IMG/VR virus record: IMGVR_UViG_3300000101_000008
Span: 37,269-101,268 of that record
Direction: 5' to 3' (one strand)
Origin: a virus
Length of the DNA stretch: 64,000 nt
The translations under genes were made by a program, and so were the position numbers. Under the pieces are notes generated by a model. That model saw only the letters and a program-made list of their open reading frames with translations. It ran no database searches and was not told the DNA's origin. Positions 1 to 10,139 of the stretch are shown here, piece by piece. Numbering within the stretch: position 1 is the first letter of the stretch; each line of letters begins with the position of its first letter.

Positions 1-3000
1 GTGGATCTGCTCCAACAAGATTACCAATTGGTGAAGATGGTCAAATTTTAACTGTTAACTCTGAAGGACTTCCTAACTGGGAATTCATAGGCGAAACAGA
101 TGATGTTTATTATGTTGCTGGACACGGTAAAGATAGCCCGGCACCAATATATGGTAAAACAATTGATAGACCTTTTAAAACTATTAGATATGCGGCACAT
201 CAAATTGAACGTGGTGCAAAGAATCCTAATGCGGCAAAACTACTTGAACTAAACAGAAGATTTATTCAAAGAGAAATTGTTGAATTTACAGACAATCAAA
301 TTACAAATAACGTTGCTCCATTTACAAGCAGTTTTGCATACGTTGCAGAAAAATGTGAAAGAGATATGGGTCTTATTGTAGACGCAGTTATTTGGGATAT
401 TAAACATGGCGGCAACGGACTTACATGGGACGCAATGTACGAGTATGTTAAAAATGCAACTAATTTTTACACACTAGGACAAGAAGCAGAAACAGTAGCA
501 AGTATTAACTACGGTGTAACTGTAATGACTGCTGTTTTAAATCAAACAGCGCCAGCAGTAAATTATCAAACATTAAATGGTGATAACTCAACAGCGATTG
601 TAGTACAACATACAGATGCAAGTTTAACTGCTGAAACTGTAATTGAACATATTACAAAAAATGTTAAAATGATAACAGATGCAATTACAGCATCTAACCC
701 AAATCAAGTGTTGCCTAAGAAAATTGTTCCAACAACATTAATTAAAGTTTCTACAGGATACTACTACGAAGTACTTCCAATTATTGTACCAGCTGAATGT
801 TGTATTATGGGAGACGAATTACGTGCAACAAACGTACAGCCTCGTAAAGCAACAAATGCTACACTAACACCAAAACAAGATATACCATTTAGTTTTGAAG
901 GACTTTCTCGTGTAGAAGAAGTTGTTGCAGATATTGTTGAAGGTGTTGCAGTTTCCAAAACAACAGCAAACGCATTGACACAAGACCAAACATGGCCTTA
1001 TGCAGAAACTGATGTAGTTGGTCCACAAATACAAAAATTAGCACGTACTATACGTAGACAAATTGATAGTTCAACAGGTACTAAAGTTGAAGCAATTTAT
1101 ACACCTACATACGAATTAACTGATCCGGACTTTGGACGTTCAAGAGATTTATTCTTACAAAACAAAGCATTTATACAAGCAGAAATAATTGCTTACATTG
1201 AAGAAAATTATCCAGGTTTAAGTTACAGTAAAACAAAATGTAAAAATGATGTTGGCTTAATTATGGACAACGTTGCGTATGACTTAACATACGGCGGTAA
1301 CTGGATGAGTGTTGAAGCAGGTAAAGCATACTTCAACGGTAATACAAATACATTACAAATTAACAGTAGTGAAAAAACAGCAACGTTAGCGGCATATGCA
1401 CAACTTAAATCATTAATGCAAACAGTTGGACGTAACATTGTAGTTAACCCAACTAGCCAAACACCAGATGATGCGGCAGACGTATCAACTGTTGCAGTTC
1501 CTCAAATTGCAGGTACAGGCGGCAGTGTTACAGTTTCAACAGAAATAGGTAACTTACTAGACGATGTAATTTATACAATCGATAACGGATATGATAATGC
1601 TCCGGCAATTACATACCCAACAATAGAAGCAACAGCAGATGCGAAGTTAGTACAAACTCAAACTACTACTGACTTAGCAGGAATACAAACTGGAACTATT
1701 GACTTTATTAGTAAAAACTTTGGTTCGTTCAAATACAACAGTGCAACTTGCCGTAGAGACTTAACAAATATTATTACAGATGTTGCATATGATGTAGCAT
1801 TGGGTACAAACTATAACGGTGTGTTTAGTGGTATTGCTTATCAGCGTCCAACTAATTCATATAACTTAACATCACAGCGTATTGAAACAATTGGTGCATT
1901 ACGTTTTGCTAGAGATGAATTAAAAGCAGACATTACTGATGCAACAGCAGAAGCAAGAATGGTTGCGGCATTTAATGAAATAGTTGATATTATTGATAAT
2001 GGATTAGCGGCGGCAGATGCAAATGTGTATCCAACACCAAGCTCATTACCAACAACAAATGCTGACGATGCGTTTGCTGACTTAAACGCAAACATTGCAT
2101 TTATAAAAGAAGAAATTAATGCTTGGATTGATGATCAAGTTTTATTAAACACAACCACAACACCAGATCCAAACAGTATTTGGTTTAACTTTACTTACGA
2201 TGCAACTAAGTGTGCAAGAGACGTAGGCTACATTATTGAAGCAATGAAGTATGATATACTTTACGGCGGCACAATGGCAGCATCAAGAATTGCTGAATCC
2301 TACTTTGGAATTAACGGCGATTCTTATCCAGCAAACCAAACAGCACAAACTGCGGCAGCCTATGATAGACTTGCTACAGTATTAGATCAAGTTGCAAGAG
2401 AAGCATCAGTAACTAAATCTTCAGGTAACGCTTTAAACCAAACACAATTAGGTTCAGCGGCAACATCAACTGAAGGTAACGCATTACTTGCAAACATGCA
2501 AATTATTGAAGATGTATTAACAGCAGGAAATACTAACAGCATGCCAGCAGTAGTATATCCAAACTTAGCATCATTAGGAGTGTCAGCTACATTACAAACT
2601 GAAAAGGGCGCAATGGACACTGCTAGAGCACAGACAATATTAGATGTTATCCAATACATTTCAGATACTTATAATGACTTTAATTACAATCATGCTAAGT
2701 GTTCAAGAGATGTTGGATTAATTATAACTGCTTTTGTATACGACTATGCATTAGGTACAAACTATGCAGGTATGTTTGCGGCGCAATCATACTTAAGAGC
2801 ACCAAGTAAAAATGTTGTTAACGATCAAAAAACTGCAAGTATTGCGGCATTTGAATTTGCAAGAACTAAAGTATTAGACTCAGTAGTTACAGCAGGTGGC
2901 TTTGCTCCAGCAGTACAAGCAGTAAACGATACTTGGGAATGGATCGATGATACAATCTTTAATGCTACAGCAGAAGGTGGTAAGACAAACAACGATCAAG

Positions 3001-6000
3001 AAGTATGGAACGCAGTAAGACACTTAGAACTTAATAAAGAATTTATTGTAGAAGAAGTTGTTGCACACGTTGATGACTGGTTTAAAATAGCAGTTACTAG
3101 TACTGATCAAGCATCAGGCGTATTAACAGTAGCAGATACAAGTTGGTTAAAAGCAAATCAAAAAGTACTTGCACAAAACATGGACGACTCTGCAGACGCA
3201 GTAACAGATGCAAACCTTGCAGTAAGCACAACTTACTATGTTAAAGATATTCTAAGCGATACAACACTTACATTATCTGCAACACCAGGTGGCTCAGCTG
3301 TTTCATTATACGACACTGATTCAATTGTAGTACAATTAGATGAAGGCAAGTTCCGAAACGATATGTCTGATATAGTTGAAGGTATTGCATTTGATGCAGT
3401 CCTTAATACTAACTACAACCAAGTAGCATTAGGCTTAGATTTTGTAACAGGCGACAATGCATCAATAACTGCATTAGGCAAAACACAAATTGCGGCAGGT
3501 ATATCATATGCTAAAGGATTAGTTGCAGGAATAAAAGAGTTTAGAACAAATGCAACTTACTTGTCAAGATCAAATGCAGGATTTGACGAAGTTACTGATA
3601 TTGTAAACAACGGTGCAGGCAATGCAAACGCATTAACTTACACAGGCACAAACAATGCAGTTGAACAAGTAGAAAACAATGAAGCATTTATAGCAACAGA
3701 AGTATTAGAATGGATTAACCAAAACTATAATTCAATTTACACAGCAATGGACACTGCACAGTTTACAACTGAAATAGGGTACATAGTTGATGCTTTAAGA
3801 TATGACTTATTAAATGGCGGTAACAGTGCAACACATAGACTTGCTACAAGATACTTTACAGGCACAGTATTTAAAGCCAACCTTGGTAATAATGCTACAG
3901 CGGCTGGACTTGCATTTAACTACTTACAATCGTTTATTGATAACGTAGTATTAGATAATACAGCAGGTTGGTCAAAACTAAGCGGTGGAACACAAGATGT
4001 AACTGCTTCAGCTGGTACAGCAGATCAAGCAACAACAGCACAGGCTTTGGTAGGAATAATAGAATCAGTTGCAGGCGGTAACGCGGCAGGTGTTAAAAAT
4101 TATCCAACAATGTCACTAGCAAATGCTACATCAGTAAGTAAAGTTATAGCACATGCTTCTAAAATTGGAGTTAAAGCAGTACGTAGTGTAAGTAATACTT
4201 ACAGAGCAATGTTTGAATTAAAAGCAGATTATGCTTACAATAAAACATTATGTAAACGTGATGTGCGTGAATACATTGAAGCAATGAAATGGGATATGAC
4301 TAACACTCAACAGTGGGCAAGAACATACACTGATAGTATTAGCTTTAATAGACCAGGTGCTTATAAAACAAGACTAGCGGCACGTTACTATGTTAACAAC
4401 GTAATAGGATCACAAGAAGAAGATTTCTACTACTTACGTAACGGTACAGGTTTAAGATTACAAACAATGGAAGGTCTACAAGGCGACCTAAGTCCAGTAA
4501 ATGCTTACGGAACAAGACGTCCAACAGCGGGTGCGTATGCATCACTAGATCCAGGGTATGGTCCAGATGATACAAGAGTTTGGATTAGTGCAAGATCACC
4601 ATACATACAAAACTGTACAACATTTGGCTTTGGTGCAATAGGACAAAAAATTGACGGTGCCCTACACAACGGTGGTAACGACTCAATGGTATCAAATGAC
4701 TTTACACAGGTTATTAGTGATGGTATTGGTGCATGGATTACAAACAACGGTAGAGCAGAACTTGTGTCAGTGTTTACATACTACTCACACGTAGGTTATC
4801 TTGCAGAGAACGGCGGACGTATACGTGCAACAAACGGTAACAACTCTTACGGTGCATTTGGATCAGTAGCAGAAGGTACTGACCCAGAAGAAGTAGCAGT
4901 AACAGGTATTATTGATAATAAATTCCAGTATAACGCTACTGTAGCAACTGTTAATACAGATGCAGATCAGTTACTAGCATTAGAATATTCACATGCTGGT
5001 AATGACTATACTGAAGCAAAATTAGACTTCTTTGGACCAGGTTCAAACGAAGTTATAGTATCAGATGAATTTAGAGATGGTGCAGTATATCAAGTTGGTA
5101 TTGGTAATACAGTAGATGTTACTGACGGTGGTAAAGGTTACTTAGTTGTTACTAATACTGCACAAGCAGGTAGTACTACAAGTCTTACAATATCAGCAAC
5201 AGACGGTAACATTAGTTCAGCATACATTGGTATGAGAATACAAATTGTTGGCGGTGCTGGTGCAGGTTTATTTGGTATAGTTGACACATACAATGCAGGT
5301 AGTAAAGTAGCAACTGTTGAAAGAGAAAGCGACGGAGTTGCAGGTTGGGATCATGTACTTCCAGGATTTACTTGGGAAGAACCTAACTCGACTTCAACAT
5401 ACTTGATTGAACCAGCAGTTTCGTTTACTGCTCCAACTAAAACTTCAGGTGATAGTACGCTACCAACATCAACAACTTGGTATGCAAACGAGTTTATCGA
5501 AACAGCGGCACAATATACAGGAGTTGCTTCAGAAACTGAATCAGACGGTAATGGTGCAACATTTGATGTTACACGTAATGGTAGCAAATATTATGTTACA
5601 GTTAATGCCGCAGGTGCTGGTTATGTTAGAAACGCAACTGTAACAGTTAAAGGTTCTAACTTAGGTGGCGTAGATGTAACACACGATATAACAATAACAT
5701 TAACATCACTTAATGCTAATGGCTCAGTTGTAGACTTTGACTTTGTTGGTCAAGGACGCAAAGGATTCTTCCTTGGTGCAGGTGGCGGCAGTAACGGTGC
5801 AATCAGTTATGACGGTATTACATGGCAGTCACAAAATATTACAGCACCGGGTGCAGGTAATTGGTCAGACATTGCTCAAGGTTTACTTGATGATGGATCA
5901 ACTACATTCCACCCAAGCTCAATAATTATTGTTGGTGACGGAACTAACGACATAGTACGTTCCGAAGACGGCGATACTTGGACAGCTGGTACTTTACCAG

Positions 6001-7682
6001 GTGCGATGAGTAGTGCAGGTGAAAAGAGTATTGCATTTGGTAACGTTAGTGTTGCAGTTAATAGATACGTTGTTATTTCAGATGATGACAGAGATGTTGC
6101 TTATACAGAAGACGCAGGTCAAAACTGGACATTGACATCAAGTGCATTATCAGCAGTAGGCTTTGATAATATTACATACGGAGCAGGATTATATGTTGCT
6201 GTACGTTCAGGAACAACAAGCATAAGTTACTCAACAAATGGTATTGTTTGGACTGATGTTACTGCACCAGGAACAATAACAGGACCAGTAGTTTTTGGTA
6301 ACGGACGTTTTGTTGTAGCAGGCGGAACAGTTGGTGTAATGTACAGTTTAGATGGTATTACATGGGCAAATCCAGCATATCCAGGTGGTGCAAACGTAAG
6401 TACACTAGCTGGAACAGAGCGCAACTTAGCATACGGACACGGCATGTTTGTTTTAACATCAGATGATACTGACGGAGTTCTTTATTCAGAAGATGCAATA
6501 GTTTGGACACTACAGTCATTAGGTTCTGCTGTAACAGGCGGATTTAATGCAGTTGCATTTGGTAACCCTGAGAAGATGGGAGTGTTTAGTATACTTCCTA
6601 ATGCTACAGGTACAGGTGCAAAATACGCTAAGATTGGTGCTACAACAAAAGCAAGAGCAGGTTTAGCAAATGAACAAATATTTGAGTTTAGAATTTATGA
6701 ACCAGGTTCAGGCTACACAAGCGCACCAACTATTACTGTAACAGATCCAAATAATATTGAAGATGTTACACCAGTAGTAAGATTAGGAACAGGCGCACTT
6801 GGACAACCAACATTTGTAAACAGAGGTAGTGGCTTTACAACTGCAACTGCATCAATTGATGCACTAAACAGTAACGGTAACGCAGACTTCTTACAAAGTG
6901 GATCGTATATTGCTGTAAGAAGACTTACTTCAAGACCAGTTAACGGATCCAATGTTCAGTTTGCAGGACTTCCAGGACAGTTCTTTAAATTGGTTAGTAC
7001 AGTATCGTTTATTGGTAGCAACGATGGATCGTATACAACGTTCTTACAAGTTTCACCAGCAATAACTACAGCAAATATTCCAACAGATGGCGATGCTGTA
7101 AACATGCGTATCAGATTTAGTCAAGTACGTCTAACAGGACATGACTTCCTAGATATTGGTACAGGTAACTTTAAAGATACAAACTATCCAGGTGTACCAG
7201 TTAACGTACCTGACCAAAGTAAAGAAACACAAGATGCTAACGGTGGTAGAGTGTTCTACACAGCAACTGACCAAGATGGTAACTTTAGAGTTGGCGACTT
7301 GTTTAGTGTTGAACAGGCAACTGGTGTTGCAACATTGAATGCTGAAGCGTTTAACATTGCAGGTCTACAAGAACTATCGTTGGGCGAAGTTACACTAGGT
7401 GGTAACTCAGCAAGTATTACTGAATTTAGTACAGATCCATTCTTTACTGCAAACAGTGATACGATTGTTCCAACACAGAGAGCAATTAAAGCATACATTG
7501 AATCACAAATTGGTGGCGGTGGTGCTACACTAGTTGTTAACAGTGTTACAGCAGGTGATATATTCATAGGCGGAACACAAATTACAACAGTGTCAGGTAG
7601 CCCAATAACAATTAAAGCGAACATTGTGTTTAGTGGTACGGTGCTAGGATATCCTCTAGCATGGAATTATTACCAGAGATAA
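1..7682 (+). CDS. Giant virion structural protein (tail fibre/baseplate appendage), 5'-truncated; tandem helical C-x-R-D repeats, central beta-helix-like region, C-terminal Asp-box-like (S-x-D-G-x-x-W) propeller region
   Basis: The frame of the 366..7682 ORF is open back to position 3 (GSAPTRLPIGEDGQILTV...), so the true start is upstream of the window. Thr/Ala/Gly-rich. Repeats SYDGITW, SEDGDTW, TEDAGQNW, STNGIVW, SLDGITW; C-terminal GHDFLDIGTG...ATDQDGNFRVG...PTQRAIKAYI motifs resemble large T4-like phage fibre proteins. Confidence 0.8.
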   Translation, partial: GSAPTRLPIGEDGQILTVNSEGLPNWEFIGETDDVYYVAGHGKDSPAPIYGKTIDRPFKTIRYAAHQIERGAKNPNAAKLLELNRRFIQREIVEFTDNQITNNVAPFTSSFAYVAEKCERDMGLIVDAVIWDIKHGGNGLTWDAMYEYVKNATNFYTLGQEAETVASINYGVTVMTAVLNQTAPAVNYQTLNGDNSTAIVVQHTDASLTAETVIEHITKNVKMITDAITASNPNQVLPKKIVPTTLIKVSTGYYYEVLPIIVPAECCIMGDELRATNVQPRKATNATLTPKQDIPFSFEGLSRVEEVVADIVEGVAVSKTTANALTQDQTWPYAETDVVGPQIQKLARTIRRQIDSSTGTKVEAIYTPTYELTDPDFGRSRDLFLQNKAFIQAEIIAYIEENYPGLSYSKTKCKNDVGLIMDNVAYDLTYGGNWMSVEAGKAYFNGNTNTLQINSSEKTATLAAYAQLKSLMQTVGRNIVVNPTSQTPDDAADVSTVAVPQIAGTGGSVTVSTEIGNLLDDVIYTIDNGYDNAPAITYPTIEATADAKLVQTQTTTDLAGIQTGTIDFISKNFGSFKYNSATCRRDLTNIITDVAYDVALGTNYNGVFSGIAYQRPTNSYNLTSQRIETIGALRFARDELKADITDATAEARMVAAFNEIVDIIDNGLAAADANVYPTPSSLPTTNADDAFADLNANIAFIKEEINAWIDDQVLLNTTTTPDPNSIWFNFTYDATKCARDVGYIIEAMKYDILYGGTMAASRIAESYFGINGDSYPANQTAQTAAAYDRLATVLDQVAREASVTKSSGNALNQTQLGSAATSTEGNALLANMQIIEDVLTAGNTNSMPAVVYPNLASLGVSATLQTEKGAMDTARAQTILDVIQYISDTYNDFNYNHAKCSRDVGLIITAFVYDYALGTNYAGMFAAQSYLRAPSKNVVNDQKTASIAAFEFARTKVLDSVVTAGGFAPAVQAVNDTWEWIDDTIFNATAEGGKTNNDQEVWNAVRHLELNKEFIVEEVVAHVDDWFKIAVTSTDQASGVLTVADTSWLKANQKVLAQNMDDSADAVTDANLAVSTTYYVKDILSDTTLTLSATPGGSAVSLYDTDSIVVQLDEGKFRNDMSDIVEGIAFDAVLNTNYNQVALGLDFVTGDNASITALGKTQIAAGISYAKGLVAGIKEFRTNATYLSRSNAGFDEVTDIVNNGAGNANALTYTGTNNAVEQVENNEAFIATEVLEWINQNYNSIYTAMDTAQFTTEIGYIVDALRYDLLNGGNSATHRLATRYFTGTVFKANLGNNATAAGLAFNYLQSFIDNVVLDNTAGWSKLSGGTQDVTASAGTADQATTAQALVGIIESVAGGNAAGVKNYPTMSLANATSVSKVIAHASKIGVKAVRSVSNTYRAMFELKADYAYNKTLCKRDVREYIEAMKWDMTNTQQWARTYTDSISFNRPGAYKTRLAARYYVNNVIGSQEEDFYYLRNGTGLRLQTMEGLQGDLSPVNAYGTRRPTAGAYASLDPGYGPDDTRVWISARSPYIQNCTTFGFGAIGQKIDGALHNGGNDSMVSNDFTQVISDGIGAWITNNGRAELVSVFTYYSHVGYLAENGGRIRATNGNNSYGAFGSVAEGTDPEEVAVTGIIDNKFQYNATVATVNTDADQLLALEYSHAGNDYTEAKLDFFGPGSNEVIVSDEFRDGAVYQVGIGNTVDVTDGGKGYLVVTNTAQAGSTTSLTISATDGNISSAYIGMRIQIVGGAGAGLFGIVDTYNAGSKVATVERESDGVAGWDHVLPGFTWEEPNSTSTYLIEPAVSFTAPTKTSGDSTLPTSTTWYANEFIETAAQYTGVASETESDGNGATFDVTRNGSKYYVTVNAAGAGYVRNATVTVKGSNLGGVDVTHDITITLTSLNANGSVVDFDFVGQGRKGFFLGAGGGSNGAISYDGITWQSQNITAPGAGNWSDIAQGLLDDGSTTFHPSSIIIVGDGTNDIVRSEDGDTWTAGTLPGAMSSAGEKSIAFGNVSVAVNRYVVISDDDRDVAYTEDAGQNWTLTSSALSAVGFDNITYGAGLYVAVRSGTTSISYSTNGIVWTDVTAPGTITGPVVFGNGRFVVAGGTVGVMYSLDGITWANPAYPGGANVSTLAGTERNLAYGHGMFVLTSDDTDGVLYSEDAIVWTLQSLGSAVTGGFNAVAFGNPEKMGVFSILPNATGTGAKYAKIGATTKARAGLANEQIFEFRIYEPGSGYTSAPTITVTDPNNIEDVTPVVRLGTGALGQPTFVNRGSGFTTATASIDALNSNGNADFLQSGSYIAVRRLTSRPVNGSNVQFAGLPGQFFKLVSTVSFIGSNDGSYTTFLQVSPAITTANIPTDGDAVNMRIRFSQVRLTGHDFLDIGTGNFKDTNYPGVPVNVPDQSKETQDANGGRVFYTATDQDGNFRVGDLFSVEQATGVATLNAEAFNIAGLQELSLGEVTLGGNSASITEFSTDPFFTANSDTIVPTQRAIKAYIESQIGGGGATLVVNSVTAGDIFIGGTQITTVSGSPITIKANIVFSGTVLGYPLAWNYYQR

Positions 7683-7692
7683 CAGTAACGGA

Positions 7693-7698
7693 TAAATA
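7693..7698 (+). promoter_or_regulatory. Putative late promoter (TAAATA)
   Basis: gaTAAATAtt in the intergenic gap; matches the 3' part of the T4 late consensus TATAAATA and recurs upstream of most structural genes. Confidence 0.6.
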
Positions 7699-7749
7699 TT
7701 AGTAAGATAAAATGTTGAAATATCTAGCATATAACAGGAGATTAAGATA

Positions 7750-8076
7750 ATGGCAAACGGAGTACTAGGATCAGCGGATTTAGCCGCGACAACGTATACT
7801 AACATATACGATGTACCCGATGGAAACTTTTCTGTAGTATCGGTGAGCATTTGTAATAAAAATGCAACATCGGTAACAGTAAGGCTTGCATTGGCAAAAC
7901 CAGGACAGTCACTACCACAGGCAGATGACTATATAGAATACGAAACAGAGATATTACCAAATGGTGTACTTGAAAGAACAGGCGTTGTTCTTGAAGCAGA
8001 CCGTAAAGTTTTTGCTCGTTCGTCAGCAACACAAACAACTGTAGTAGTTTACGGTATAGAAACAGCGACAGTATAA
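7750..8076 (+). CDS. Small beta-rich virion structural protein
   Basis: 108 aa, AGGAG RBS at 7736-7740, located between fibre genes. Confidence 0.6.
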   Translation: MANGVLGSADLAATTYTNIYDVPDGNFSVVSVSICNKNATSVTVRLALAKPGQSLPQADDYIEYETEILPNGVLERTGVVLEADRKVFARSSATQTTVVVYGIETATV

Positions 8077-8087
8077 GGAAATAGATT

Positions 8088-8996
8088 ATGGCTAGAAGAA
8101 TTTCAACAGGAAAACTAGGAAGACCAATACTAGGAAACATTAGTGTTGAAGATAGCACTTTTGGTTCAGTGATAGCCAATGCAGATGTTATTTTAGAACC
8201 TAATGGTACAGGCGTAGCACGTTCAACTACAGATTTTCAAGTAGACGGTGCAAATGCTTTACGTTTAGCGGACAGTGATAATACTAATTACGTTGCTTTT
8301 AAATCTCCAGCGGCGGTAAGTAGTAATGTTACATGGACGTTACCAGGCGCAGATGGAACAGCAAACTATCTATTAGCAACAGACGGATCAGGAACACTAA
8401 CTTGGGCTTCACCTTCATTAGCACTAGCAGATGATACAGCAAGTGGTAACATTAATGTTGTACTTACAGCTGATGCAGGATCAAGTTTTTCAAACGCAAA
8501 ACGTTCATCAAGATTACAGTTTGCACCCAACTCAGGTAATTTAACAATTACTGGTGAAGTAGGCGCGGCAACTGGTAATTTTAGTGGAACAGTTACAGCA
8601 GGCGGATTTGCAACTACAGGTGGTGCAACTTTTGGCAGTGACTTAACAATTACAGGAACATTAACAGCAGGTACAGTTGCGTCAACAGGCAACATTACAG
8701 CGGCTGGCGATATTACTTCTAACTCAGATATGAGATTGAAATCCAATATTATTGGTATTAAAGATGCTTTAGCAAAAGTATTAAAATTAAATGGTAAAGA
8801 ATACACAATGAACGGCAAGGACAATCAAATTGGTTTGCTTGCACAAGAAGTTGAAGAAGTATTACCACAAATGGTTCATACAGCAAACGATGATATGGGT
8901 ACTAAAGCAATTAACTACCAAAACATGGTAGCACTATTAGTTGAAGCTGTAAAAGAATTACAGCAGGAAATAAAAGGTTTAAAGGGGACAGCATAA
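8088..8996 (+). CDS. Tail fibre protein with C-terminal peptidase S74 intramolecular chaperone
   Basis: SDMRLKSNI autocleavage motif, GLLAQEVEEVLP and terminal coiled coil LLVEAVKELQQEI; Gly/Thr-rich shaft. Confidence 0.85.
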   Translation: MARRISTGKLGRPILGNISVEDSTFGSVIANADVILEPNGTGVARSTTDFQVDGANALRLADSDNTNYVAFKSPAAVSSNVTWTLPGADGTANYLLATDGSGTLTWASPSLALADDTASGNINVVLTADAGSSFSNAKRSSRLQFAPNSGNLTITGEVGAATGNFSGTVTAGGFATTGGATFGSDLTITGTLTAGTVASTGNITAAGDITSNSDMRLKSNIIGIKDALAKVLKLNGKEYTMNGKDNQIGLLAQEVEEVLPQMVHTANDDMGTKAINYQNMVALLVEAVKELQQEIKGLKGTA

Positions 8997-10139
8997 ATGG
9001 CTTTCTTTGTAGGAGCAACTGAAGTAGTTCCAGTACCGCCCGGCACCGATACTACTCGCGGAGCAGAATTGATGTCCGACGGTCAAGGAGCGGCGTTCTG
9101 GGGATACATGGGTGCGGCAAGTGGCGACCCGGCGGCAGTTGATACCGGTGGATGGAGATATAGATCTATATTTACACACGGATACTTAGCGGCAGGCTAC
9201 AAAGGATCTAACCCTTGGAGAAGTGTTAATAAGACTTGGCACCAAACAGATACAACATTATACTGCGGTGAGCAGTTAGCAAGTACACAAGCATATACAA
9301 ACGGTGTATGGAGTGATCATCACGCATACGTAATGACTGGTGGTGGCTTTACTGGTACTAGTTCAGCAATATCAAGTTATAGTTTAGCAAACGGTTCAAT
9401 TAGAATGTTTACATCAGATGGATTTTCATCTAGCGGTGTTAGTTACGGCTATGTAGGAAATGATCCAAAGAACGAAGGACTAGGCTATGGTTCAGCAGGA
9501 TATGGTAACCACGTAGGTGGTATGCAAATGCACGTTGCCCGTTATGACTTTCCTGCGGCAAATGATATTAAAGGACAAAGCGGTTGGATTAACGGAGGCG
9601 GTAGTTCAGATACATCACGTATGCACTTTCCGACAGAAGTTATGTACAGTGGATGGAATTCAGGTACAGATGGATACGGCTGTGGCGGACACGGAGAAAA
9701 TAGAGGATACTTTGCTTGGACATCTACATATAGATATGTAACATGGGCAAACTCAACATGGTCAGGAACAGGAGCATGGGGCGGATATTCAAAAGATAGA
9801 CATTGTAAAATACAATCAACAAAATGGGGACACCATTATATTGGTACAGGTAACAACGTAACAGCTGGTAAGGCAAGATTTAGTGATGCAACAGGTTCAA
9901 CTGTAGCAAACTTTAACAAAGTAAGAAGTTACGGAGAAGATAATTCAGAAGACGGTCAGGATCACGGATATATTATGGGACACTTTGACGGTCAACAAAA
10001 CAATCACACTATTAAACAAACACACTCCAGTGATACTGAAACAACGCTTGGTGCTAACGCAATGCCTAAAGGGCATTATGGACAAAGTTCCGGAGCGTGT
10101 TCAACAGGCGCGGCAGGTGTTTTAGGGGGTATAGGATAA
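8997..10139 (+). CDS. Gly/Trp/His-rich beta-propeller-like virion protein, paralog 1 of 3
   Basis: Repeated G-Y/W-x-x-G-G blade-like units; aligns end to end with the next two ORFs. Confidence 0.65.
   Translation: MAFFVGATEVVPVPPGTDTTRGAELMSDGQGAAFWGYMGAASGDPAAVDTGGWRYRSIFTHGYLAAGYKGSNPWRSVNKTWHQTDTTLYCGEQLASTQAYTNGVWSDHHAYVMTGGGFTGTSSAISSYSLANGSIRMFTSDGFSSSGVSYGYVGNDPKNEGLGYGSAGYGNHVGGMQMHVARYDFPAANDIKGQSGWINGGGSSDTSRMHFPTEVMYSGWNSGTDGYGCGGHGENRGYFAWTSTYRYVTWANSTWSGTGAWGGYSKDRHCKIQSTKWGHHYIGTGNNVTAGKARFSDATGSTVANFNKVRSYGEDNSEDGQDHGYIMGHFDGQQNNHTIKQTHSSDTETTLGANAMPKGHYGQSSGACSTGAAGVLGGIG

Noticed and set aside
764-8824. Numerous minus-strand and short alternative-frame ORFs within the fibre genes (same pattern inside sheath, gp32 and terminase)
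   Set aside because: Shadow ORFs caused by the codon bias of the real genes; no RBS, promoter or recognisable motifs.
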